DNA of 64,000 nucleotides, taken from the NCBI GenBank assembly GCA_037447605.1, contig CM074805.1, positions 3,505,361 through 3,569,360 of the forward strand. Direction: 5' to 3'. Shown piece by piece: positions 38,530-54,929 of the stretch. Under the pieces are notes generated by a model. The model saw nothing but the letters and a program-made list of their open reading frames with translations, searched no databases and had not been told where the DNA came from. The position numbers and the translations under genes are program-made. How positions within the stretch are numbered: position 1 is the stretch's first letter; each line of letters opens with the position of its first letter. The DNA is from Zygnema circumcarinatum SAG 698-1b. Its lineage: Eukaryota > Plantae > Zygnematophyceae.

Positions 38530-38690
38530 CGCCCCACAGGGCTGCTTCTGGCACAGGGACCGCGTTCACGCTTCTCCGCTGCTGCTCGCTGCTCGAGCTT
38601 AAAAGTATGCCTGCAAAGCAGTCCCTGCCAGCCTTCAAGTCGCCCCATTCTGCTGCCTTCTTGCTGTTGCTGCCTGCCAGGTGCTGCCAG
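38530..38690 (+). promoter_or_regulatory. YGCY-dense cluster in the probable 3' UTR of the MBNL-like gene
   Basis: I counted 19 TGCT/TGCC/CGCT/CGCC tetramers in about 160 nt, against roughly 2-3 expected at uniform base composition. Confidence 0.5.
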
Positions 38691-40254
38691 CTGGCTCACT
38701 TTCCCCCTATCAGCTGGCAGTCTTCCGCAGCCGAGCAGGTGATGCGCCTGCTCTCCATCATGTCGCGCGTCTGGTGGCATAGCGCAGCCCACTGCTTCAG
38801 TGCAGTTTCACGCAGCCTTCTTGCTTTTGACCTATTTGAGGGATGTCTAGTATTGATGACGAAACTTATTGCAGAGTGGGGATTGAGAGGCCCTTATTGG
38901 GTATTGGAGGCAGTAGTCTAGTCAAGAACGGGTACAGAGAAAAGTAGATGCTTTGTGCTCGCGCTTGCCTCTACTGTAGATGGGACCAACAACCGTTTCC
39001 TTTTTGTTCTATGTTGCATGCTTTGCAACACATGATGATTGCACCTTGTAAGAGTGATTGGACTGCCCATGTTCTTGAGGGTTTGTGCTCCATGTGGCCC
39101 AAGGTAGCAAGTTGAAAGGAAACTAGAAATCGAGCGTAGCCACTCGGAATGACTGTCCTTAGCAAGTCCTTTTTTTTCCATGACAAGTAATAAAAGACCC
39201 CGCATTGGGTGAAAAGTCTCCAGTTGTGTGAAGTCATCTTGTGGACGATGTTCTTTGGAGGAGCTGGGCGGGAAGGAGGGGGGGGGTGTGGTGGTGTTGG
39301 TTTTGTGGGGGGTGCAGTTGGTGCTGAATTCCTGAACTTGATATCTCCAGCATTCCATGGGTTCCATGGTTTTCCTTCCAGAGGGATAGGCAGCAGGATG
39401 GCGTTTAGAGGATGTGTTCAGGACATGGGCGCAATGGTGCTCCAGGAAGGCCCCCGAGAAAGGGTGGGGGGAGGGGAGGGGAGAGAGGTAAAGTCTTAAG
39501 GACGACAGGCTAAAGGAAGGTGTGAGTGGAAATGGAGACATAGGTATGGTATTTGTAAAGCTGACGAGGTTATTGTCCTTAAATTGATGTAGCCTGAAGG
39601 TAGAATCGATTTGCTAAATGAATGATGCGACCGGCCTTCTCTTGGTGAATTCGATTTTCTCATACCAACTGTGCAAAAATTCTTACCAGCAAGTATGTCT
39701 TCTTGAGTATTGGTCACCTATTGTTGCATGCGTTGTCCATTTGCTGCACCTTTCTCTCGGATTCTCGTCCATGGAAAATGGAGTAAGATGTTTTAGCTGC
39801 AGGCAACGAGCGATCTTTATCGACATGGTGCAACATGAATCGCATGGATCGCTTGAAGCAGCAACTCCAAGGGACTCGCATGTCTGAGCTATAACGTCGT
39901 TGGCATGGGAAAGAACTTCCAAACAGCAAGTTGTCGACGAGTCAAATCTCTTCGCCTCTGGAAACGATCGTGCCTAAAAGAACAGAGGGCACTTCAACTT
40001 AAGAACACTTGGCTCTCATGATCCAGGGGACGTTTGGTGCAAGTGAGCGTTTGGGTACTCCTTGACATTCCACCCCAAGCATTAGCTATTTATTTCATCC
40101 CCAAAAATACAGCCAATCATCTTCCAATAGTGATTTGCTGCGTACACTAAAGAAGTCGCATTGTAAGATGCTCCACTGCAGTCCACAATATGAAGAAGGG
40201 CCCTAATTGTCGATGAGGTCGTGATCTACAAGGAACCACGAGATGCTAGCTCCC

Positions 40255-40365
40255 AGCTTCTTTCTTTTGGCCCGAAGTTCTTTGTGGCCGGTTCCTCGTG
40301 ATTCCCCATGGTGTCCTTGTCCATGTACACTTTGCGGCATCGCCATCTTGAGACCAATGCCAAGT
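40255..40365 (-). repeat. Copy of the dispersed TIR-like repeat
   Basis: Reverse complement reads GGCATTGGTCTCAAGATGGCGATGCCGCAAAGTGTACATGGACAAGGACACCATGGGGAATCACGAGGAACCGGCCACAAAG, matching 7480-7720 and 18061. Confidence 0.75.
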
Positions 40366-40979
40366 TCATTCTCCCACGAGATGGCAGCGAGCCCTCCAGA
40401 CCCTCCACGAGGTACATCAAAAGCAAAGCTCAGGCCACTCAGGTGCCATGACGATATACGGCACCAGTTGCGTTGAACCCCGTTCTGACGCTGTTCAGTT
40501 GCCGTCCGCTTCGACAGGCGCGACGTGACGTGATAGTTGTAACACGGCCAACGGCTCACGCGGGCTCGCGCCGCATTCAAATTTTCAAAAATGCGGGTGA
40601 CCTCCAACGGCTCTCTCCTCTCCGCCCTCGCCCGCTCGCCCTCTCTTCATATCGCCGCCCTCTCCCGCCCTCCCTCGCCTCTTCGCTATCCATCCCTCCA
40701 GCGTCTCACTTACCTTTCCTCTCTTGTTTATCTTGTTCTTTTTCCATTTTTTTCTTTTCTTAAGGCTTGCATTTGCTAGAGAGGAGAGGAGAGGCTGCTG
40801 TCAAATCGGCACTGCTGCATTACCGAACCCAAAAGTGCTAAGGAACGTGTCTGTATCACGAAAAAAAAAAGGAATATTTCAGTTTAAACTAAGGTTCGCT
40901 ACCGGTGGTTTAGAGTCTTGAGGAGACGGATTAGGCAAAGCTTTTGAAGCACCTCTGGAAGTGAGTGAAGTAAGAAGTC

Positions 40980-42827
40980 ATGGGTATGGGGACTGCTGTT
41001 TTCTCTATCGATGGAGAGGACGATGGGAGAGAAGAAATGTCGCCAAAGAAGCCAACCGCTCATATCTACGGGCTTCAGAGTCCCGGCCCTAATCCTTTGG
41101 CGAGCTTCCTCATCCGTATTTCTCAATTTCTTCTCAAGTAAGTTGAGCCAAGAGACCCTAGCGAACAAGGCCTGCGTAATGTGTCTTTCTTCAACGAACA
41201 TTTCTTTGCTGTTTTTACTCCTTACTGTAATTTGGTGTAACAATAAAACAATCACGTCTGCTACTTGTATCGCATTACAAACATGACTGCGCTCCGATAT
41301 AAATTTTGTTGTCAGTTGGAGGGGATTTACAAACTCACAAAACTGCAGTCTTGATCCGTCTTGAAAGTCGCCCTGAAGTAAACATAGCAAAAAGGAGGAT
41401 GATCTGCTCCTCTTCATCTATCATTTCCAACACTGTTTGTGCTGTCCTCGAATGCAGCATGCTGGCGATGGGATTCATTTGTGCTACAGAGCAATATAAG
41501 GACGCACTCACTGGAGGGACTGATGCAAAATTTGGCGAGGTAAGGAACCTTGCTTGGCCTTGAATAAAATTACGCCACTCAGCTATCCTCGCTGAAGCAA
41601 AACTCTGCATCATCGTGCTGAGTAGAGAGCATGAAGTGATTGTTTCTGAGAACGAGGGAGCTCAACTGTCTGCTAAGTCAGCAGCCGAACCTGCTTAAAC
41701 GTGACTTTCAGGAGCAACCATGTAGAGAAAAAACGTCCGTAAAAAATTCAGTAGGTGATGCCAGCCAACTTGCTTTAGTCGGGGGGTGTATGATGAATGT
41801 GCTTTTTTTGTACCAAAAAAAAAGAATCTGGCGTTAAGTGTCAGAATTTCTTTGCATAGAGCATCCTCCTTCCATTCCATGTTGGTAAGGAGGTCTCTAT
41901 GACATAGGCTTTGTGGGACAGAATGGCGTAACAGGTAGGTCGTTATCAGAGTTAAAGATGGTTGAGATGGCTGCATTAACCTTATCTATTGGATCCCAGC
42001 TTCATTCCTCGCGCTACACGCAAATAAGAAAGGATTCTATCTTGGCGCTGATGACGCTGCAGCCTGTAGTTAACCTTCTTCCGCTCTGCTTCTATAAACT
42101 AAATCCCAAACCTCGTTCCATTGTTTTGGAATTGGTCTTGCTTGACTTCGCCGGTCATATGCGATTGTGGAGCGTCCTCCTCCAGCAGAGCCCTCATAAA
42201 ATAATTGCGTGCAGATTTCTTTCGCCAACTTTCTATCGTTTCGGTTCTTAATCGCTTCCTGCTTCATCGCCGCTTTGTACGAGCTGTCCCTTTCGCTGGT
42301 TTCCGTGCTGAAGATGTGTGATCTTCTCGGAGGCCGGAAGTGGAGCAATGCTTCTCTCTGGCTGCAAGTTGCAGGAGATACTGTAAGTGCTCTATGCTCT
42401 TTCCCTTTATAAGTAGCGAGACCCATGAATTGTGTGAAATTCTGCACTAGTTGCTCTTTGGGAATGTTTGTGTAAGACACAAGGTTCGTCTTTATACAAA
42501 ACTGTAATTACAGATTGAGACCCGGTAGCTGTAAAAGGCACAGCACTCACTTTCCTTCCTAACATTCACTTCTCCCCTTTCCTCGTCTTTTGGCAGATTG
42601 TAGGGCAGCTTGTGTTTGCAGGGGCGTCAGCCGGCGCCATGCAAGCACTGTACAATGAAGGGGGGCTGCTCGGCATTGAGTACGGACAGTTCTGCAGCTT
42701 GGGCTACAACGATTTCTGTGTGCTCATGGAAGTGAGTGTGCCCCTAGCTTTCCTGGTGGCGCTAGCGCACTTGGGCTCCTTCTGGGTCTTCGCGCGAGCT
42801 GCCTACAAGACATATTTTGAGAATTAG
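40980..42827 (+). CDS. CASP-like (CASPL, DUF588/MARVEL-related) four-TM protein
   Basis: Exons 40980-41137, 41458-41539, 42215-42382, 42597-42827. TM1 with the conserved Arg (FLIRISQFLLNMLAMGFI), FRFLIASCFIAALY, the TM3 Asp (AGDTIVGQLVFAGASAG), and loop C..xxxFC (FCSLGYNDFC). Confidence 0.8.
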
Positions 42828-44865
42828 AATCGGCATTGGAATTAGTGTTTTGACAGGAGTGGCGAACAAGATGTTTGCCAGTACTTTGTACAATGTATGA
42901 TATATGATCCAGCTATAGCCTGCCGAGTAGACTGAACAGCAAAAGATCAGAATTGTTATTATTATTCCTTTTTTTCTTGGTTTTGAGGGTGCGTCGTAGC
43001 TCATGACTTGTGTTCATGACATCAGGGGAGGATGAGGCAAAGTCAGAGTAGAAGTAGCCATGGCGCCTTGCCATCGAGTTGGGGCGCAGCCCAGTGGAGG
43101 GATGTCCGCCTATTGTGATGGCTTCACTCTCAAGGCTTGTTTTGCAATGAAAAATGGATTTTAAATTCCCAATGTCCGTTCCATTTGTCCGGAAGCTCTG
43201 AACTTCTAAGGCCGTTGATGACTTCCTTTGCCGTCCCCCACTCCATTACGGCATGTCGTATTTTATAATGACAGCGTACTGAAGGAAAAACTGCCATAAA
43301 TGTGATGTCAGAACGATACTCGGGGGGACATCGCGACCCACTTGCAGAATAGTACCACTGAATGAAATGTCTTTAATAACTGATGGCATCGCCATGTGAG
43401 ACCAGTGCCATAACTTCCCCTTTAGTAACACAGAAGTAACACCTTCCGTTCGATTCTGTGGTCTGCCATGCCCTGTTGTGGGCTGCGGGCGCCAACCCGT
43501 ATGCCTTAGTCTCACGGGTACAGCAGAAGGGTTTTCTTTCCAACAACTTGAAAGCAGCATATGCGCACTCGGACGAGGCACCCGTATTTTTTCACCAACA
43601 TCTGTGAGACCCAACCGGCTCGTCCATCGTTGAGACGCAAATACCGCATGCATCTTTGCTCACCGATAAGGATATGCTTCCTTATCCTTGTGTGGCGACT
43701 GCTTCCTCTCGAGAACACGCGTGGACCAGCCGCTGTCCCTATTCGTTATGACAGAGCGCTTCCAAAGTTGCAGATCTTTTGATGGTAAATGCGTGACACG
43801 CAGACAGACAGATACAGACATGCAACCTCTGCCATCGTAGCATGATGCGGACTGTTCCAATACTTGATGTCTCTGTATTTACGGCCTTGCTGGGAGGTAG
43901 ATTTGCCGCCTGTATCGCTTGCCGAAAAGCAGTCCTCAAGAGCGCACCCCCATGAACAAAGGAATTCCTTTCCTTTCCTTTCCTTTCCTTTTTCGTTACC
44001 GACCACTTCAGCGGAAATTTTCCTCTTGTGCCAAGCCCAGTTCCGCGTGTCGACTCGAGGAAGCTATGTGACTGACTTCACAATGAAAGCCGTTGTAAGG
44101 ATGGTCCGCTGAAACAAGACCTCCCTCGCAGACCGACTACGACCTTGACAGCGCATAACGCAAAATGGCGATCAGAAGCTGCTGGCGTCTGAATCGTCTG
44201 ACTACCACTGAAGGATTCACATTCCATGCAGTTACCTGCTCTCCCGTTCCTGGTTAAACAGCTCCAAATATTCAATCCGTCATACTATCCGAGCCATTAA
44301 ATGAACTGGATATACGTAACCCCTTTGACTTGGACGCCCCTTCCTGGAGGCATCCATCGCTGATCAGCAGCAGCGAAGCCGCAACACTCCACAAACTCCG
44401 TATTCAAAGGAAGCATGGAGCAGACTGGGAAGGGAATCCACACCAGCGCATGGCACAGCACAGCAGTCCTCCCTACAGCCCGGCCGTACAGAGCACTCTC
44501 AAAAGCCGGCACTACTTCTTGCATAACTTACTTCCCAACTATTAACAAAACTTATGCCTGTTCTTTCAATTTGATAACCAATAAATAAGGCACCATGATT
44601 TAGTTCGTTAGTGTAAAAGAATTATAACCAATGGGCCAATGCGACCAATTTCATCTCTGCTTGCACAGCAAAGAAGTGACCAGTTATTAGAGATCCTACA
44701 TAGACATCTACGTACCGACCTGAAGGCATCGAAGCAGGAAAGAATCGATATACACACGTAATCAACAAACCCGCAATAAGACCGGAAATTAGACAGGTCT
44801 ACATGTATTGATTGGAGACCACCCTCAAATCGAGTTAGACCAGAATGGAATCCAACCGCTCCTCT

Positions 44866-50478
<5,613 letters not shown>

Positions 50479-50790
50479 GGCTGCCTGTTCTCCCTCACAG
50501 CATCAACGCCTTACTGGAGCTCCCTCTGACGAGTTCTCTGGCACCTCCGCCAGAGGCCTCTTTCACCGCAGCGAGACTCGAACTCGCGTTGCCAACCGAG
50601 CAAGAGATCCTGTCGGACCCCGGCGGAGGAGAGGTGAAAAACTAGCAAACCCAAGTTTCGGTCTGGTTTTTGGTTTGCAGTTTGCATTTTGCAGTTTGCA
50701 GTTTGCATTAAATTGGATGTTTCTGGCGGAAAAAGACAGAACCAAATTCCATTTTTTGGAAGATGCAGGCGTTTAGGCGAATCCTGTAAT

Positions 50791-50947
50791 GCCACGTAGA
50801 TTCAAACTTTAGCTGAATCATATGGCGCCACGTTGACAAGGATTTTACGAATCACGTGGCGCCACGTGGGAGAGGAAGGGGAGCCGCAGTGACCCGGCGC
50901 AAAGGCGGCCAATGGGAGCTGAGCGCGCTGCCGCCTGCACGCGTGGC
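50791..50947. promoter_or_regulatory. ABRE/G-box cluster in the divergent SQE / CRTAC1-like promoter
   Basis: GCCACGT at 50791 and 50827; palindrome CACGTGGCGCCACGTG at 50853-50868; CCAAT near 50909; CE3-like ACGCGTGGC at 50939. Confidence 0.6.
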
Positions 50948-50995
50948 AGCGGCCACAGCGGCCACTTGGCGTACCGGGAGTCGCTCGTTCCGCCC

Positions 50996-51067
50996 GGGAG
51001 GGAGGGAGGGAGAGAGGGAGAGGGAGAGGGAGAGGGAGAGGGAGAGGGAGAGACGGGGAGAGGGAGA
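50996..51067 (+). repeat. (GGGAGA)n / GA-rich repeat in the CRTAC1-like 5' region
   Basis: Tandem GGGA and GGGAGA units about 250-320 bp upstream of ATG 51316. Confidence 0.85.
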
Positions 51068-51315
51068 TGGGTCTGAACGAGGGCCAAAGGGTAATGGGAC
51101 AGGTGCGGAAACTGAAGAGAATGGAGGGAGAGCTGGAAAGAGAGGGACCCTGAGCAGGGAGCGGGGAGCTACTGACAAGGTTTGGGGGGAAAGTGAGAAA
51201 GTTGGAGATAGTTTGTACAGTGAAGACGGTCTGAAGGTTCAAGTACCGCTAAACGCGACAGCTTGTCACTCAACTGCTGGCTCCACGCAGTGGTGATCAG
51301 TCAAACTTACGAGCT

Positions 51316-53937
51316 ATGGCTTCTTCTCCGAAGAAATCGCACTCCTCCCAATTCTTCTGCTGCTCTCCTCCCGCATACGCATGCACTGCAGCAAGTATTC
51401 CCATGCTATTTTTTCTCGTTGTTTTCAGTCTGTCTAACGATTCCCTTCGACGGACTGAAAGCTACGGGGAAGCCAGGTCCGTAGCATCATTCGAGGAAAA
51501 AGTCGACCATGAATCTCTCGTTCGGCCGCCTATGTTCCAAGATGTTTCCCACCTGATAGTTGACAACAGTCCTGACTTAAGATACGGCGTCTGTGCTCTA
51601 GATGCCGACTCGGATGGTCACATGGAATTTTTCGTGTGCGGATTTGGAAACCCTAACTTGGTCCTTAAATGGAAGAACGGCCGCCTTGAAAATATTGCCA
51701 TGGGTGAACGATTTCTGTTGGCAGACACTGGCAGACATGCGATAGGTAAGGTTCTTCCTTCTACACTTTCAACCTTGTCGTTAATAATCTGGCCAGCCTG
51801 GAGTTAAAGTATAGTATCTGAACCTTGTAACCAGGTTCGTCCTTATCTTCGTCATTCGCTTCAGCGGCTTCACTGACCCTGCAAGCACTGACCAGTGACT
51901 ACCCTACCACACACAATTCACAACATATATATGGAAACTAAGAAGATGCAGAACTTGCAGGAAAAAAATAGCAATTGTCTGTGTGTTACGCATTCGGAAT
52001 GAAAGTGTAAACACGAACCATGTAATGAGTTTAAAGGAGCAAGGCAGCTTTTCTAAGCTCCGCGGATGCTTAGATTAGTGCTCATATGATGCAAGCATGC
52101 TTTGCTATGCAGGAGTCGCTGCTGGAGACGCAGATGGAGATGGCATCGAAGAAATTTATGTCCTTAACACTGACACTTTCATGGGAAAAAAGAGATTTGG
52201 AGATCGCTTGTTTCACTTAGGAGTTGACAAGGCTGGACTAGAGTCATGGACGGATCTTTTCGATCTTCCGCAAAACATGTACAGTTCTTGCTCTCATACC
52301 ACTCTTTGTGTCAAGATGCTTGATTTCATGGCAGTCAAAATTTACGTCATGCCGTGGTACAGGAGGCTAAGGAGGGCTTCCTGCATCAATCTTCCTATTT
52401 TGCTGCTTGTGATGTTCAAAGTACTCGAATCATCCACTAGTTTCTTATCTTCAGAAACCCCTGTTTTTACGATCAGTCGAGTTGAAGTGAAACTGTTGAG
52501 CCCCAACGTTGTCCTCCCAGCTAGTAATGGCTTGCCAGCCTTTCACGTTCCTCAGACTTCTCAAGGAATAAGTAAATAGTTGAAGCCTGAACCTGCCGCA
52601 GTGATGCAGCCAACCAATGTGCGGGACGCTCTGTCTGCACTATTGATCGCCAGGGTTCCGGAAAGTACGGTTTTTTTGTCGCAAACTATGGCTGTCCCAT
52701 GAAGTTCTATGAGATCAGCTCTCCAAACGAATCCCGTGAAGAAGACTTTCGTATGGTGGATGTGGCGGAGGAGGCCGGAGTGGTTCGAGCTCCCACGGGA
52801 GGGCGGTCATGTCTCACAGGCCCTATCGTCTCAAGAACTGCAGGAGATATCTTTGTAGGAAATGAGAATGGCCCCAATTTCCTCTTCGTCAACCAGTGAG
52901 TATTCAGAGCAAGGCCACTATCACTCTTGCCAGCATTGAGTTTTGATAGTCTGAATCCAGAGTCAGGATGCCTTAAAATTTGGAAAACTTTTCCCTTGCT
53001 ATTACGGCGGGTTTCTCTGTAAGGTTCGGTTACTGGTCAGGCAGCAGAGATTTGAACAGAATGCGTGTACCAAGCTTGTGGGCTACTGTCATTGTCAAGT
53101 GTCGTTACTGACTGCTGTTTTCTGCTCTGCTTTTGCTTTAGGGGCAATGGTTTGTATGAGGAGAAAGCCGGCCGGTTCGGAGTTGAGGATAGGTATGAAC
53201 ATGCGAGGGGGGCAGCCCTGACTGATGTACGCGGCACTGCTCAACTTGGCCTTGCAATAGGCAACTGGGAGGGGCCGCACCGCCTGTTCGCAGCCGCTTC
53301 AGCGGACCTTCTTTCCGATAACGTAGGGGATGTGCAGGTTGCGTCGTTTGTGGCCAATGAAACCCTGGAACTCTCTGTGCCTTCAAGGATTAGGACCGTC
53401 ATCGCTGCCGATTTTGACAATGATGGCTTGGATGAGCTCTTCTACAACAATATAGGAGAACCAAATCGCTTGTTTTGCCAAGGCTTACCCGGCGAGTGGT
53501 CACCCTGCGACATAGGAGATGCTCTCGAGAGCGATGGTTATGGTACTGGAGCATCGATAGCAGATATTGACTCCGATGGGAGGTTAGAACTCCTCCTGTC
53601 CCATGGAGAGAGTGTGCCCCAACCCTTGTCCTTGTATAAGGGTCCACTGAATGGGAACTCATGGCTGCGGGTGCGTCCCCTTACAGCCATGGGCGCCCCA
53701 GCACGCGGAGCAGTGGTAGAGATATTTCGTGACGGGATTAGACGGCAGAGGAGAGTGATAGACGGAGGGAGCGGGTACTTGTGCTGCATGGAACCCGTTG
53801 CGCACTTTGGGCTGGGCCAGGCACAAGGCATAGAACATGTAGAGGTCTCGGTCACGTGGCCGGATGGCCAGACGGCGACCGTACGGAGTGCCATCAACCG
53901 AGAACTGACACTGCAGCACCCTTCAAAGAGTAATTAG
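51316..53937 (+). CDS. CRTAC1-like protein (FG-GAP/VCBS beta-propeller + ASPIC/UnbV domain)
   Basis: Exons 51316-51745, 52113-52278, 52602-52895, 53142-53937. Ca-binding DxDxDG repeats (DADSDG, DADGDG, DFDNDG, DIDSDG); AGRSVCTIDRQGSGKYGFFVANYG; RTVIAADFDNDG; GAPARGA..RVIDGGSGYLCCMEPVAHFGLG..VTWPDG. Confidence 0.88.
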
Positions 53938-54169
53938 TTGGTGAAAGTTGAATGCAACGTGCAAATAAGCACGCGCTTTATCGAACTGGTTTCAAGAGTT
54001 TGGAATATGCATATCTGTTTATCTTGTTTTCGAAAGAAGACGTACATTGACAGACTTTAGTCGCCAGGGCACCCCGTAAAGTATACTAGCGTATCCTCAT
54101 CTCTCACGAGTGCCGAAGGAATTTCATTGACTGACGACTCCTTTCGTTAATCTGATTTATTCTTCGCGA

Positions 54170-54282
54170 TCATGTGTGGCTCGCCTCATGACCCGCTTTC
54201 TTAGATATGAACGCACTTGACCCACACATTCTCGAACGCGTTTATATCTAAGATAGAGGGTCATGAGGCGAACCACACATGA
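54170..54282. other. Long imperfect hairpin (pre-miRNA-like or tiny inverted-repeat element)
   Basis: 45-bp arms TCATGTGTGGCTCGCCTCATGACCCGCTTTCTTAGATATGAACGC and GCGTTTATATCTAAGATAGAGGGTCATGAGGCGAACCACACATGA, with four non-Watson-Crick positions (one is G:U on the + strand) and a 23-nt loop. Confidence 0.75.
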
Positions 54283-54929
54283 CCACGACGAATGAATCAG
54301 CCTCCCACAAGGGTGGCTGTCGAGGTGTTGGCGGACAGTGAAGGCTGTTGGAGCACCGCCCTCCCTCTTGCAAGCTCACCACTTTGCATTTCACATCTCA
54401 TTGCATCGAAGCTCGACGGCACCTTCCAAGTGTGGTCCATCGCAACTTCCACACGAGCGCCCGACCAGGCAGACGCGGACTCCCCTGCAACGGACAGCGA
54501 ACCCCGTTACAGTTCAATTGGTCGTTTGTGAAACAGGGGAACAGTCCTGAAATTGCAAAAGGATCGAGGGTTTCCGTGAATGTCTGCAAGGCGTTGAGTT
54601 GACCAATCTGTTCTTTTACGGGACTGAGAGCTGTGACAGTTGCATGGAGCCCCATTGGAAAGGATCCGCCTGCCTGCGTCGATTATGGCCTGCCATGGCT
54701 GAGCCTGTCCATCAGGAAGGGCCGGTTCCCCTTCACGAGGTGGAGGAGGATGAGGACGAGGCGTGGTTCAAGGATATCGGGACGACTCACGTCTATATGT
54801 AGAGGACGGTGATAGCGGGGAAATCACAGGAGTCGTATTGAGTTACTTTTCTGCGTTGACAGGTGTAAGCGCAGGCTCAGAGCTCGTAGACCTTTTCCCT
54901 TCCGTCTTCCTTCTTTAGACGGAATTACT

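Noticed and set aside
38372-39541. ORFs of 88-207 aa downstream of the MBNL-like gene
   Set aside because: No recognisable homology or exon structure; treated as probable UTR or intergenic DNA, though a small gene cannot be excluded.
43246-44545. Short ORFs between the CASPL and SQE 3' ends
   Set aside because: No motifs and no consistent splice model.
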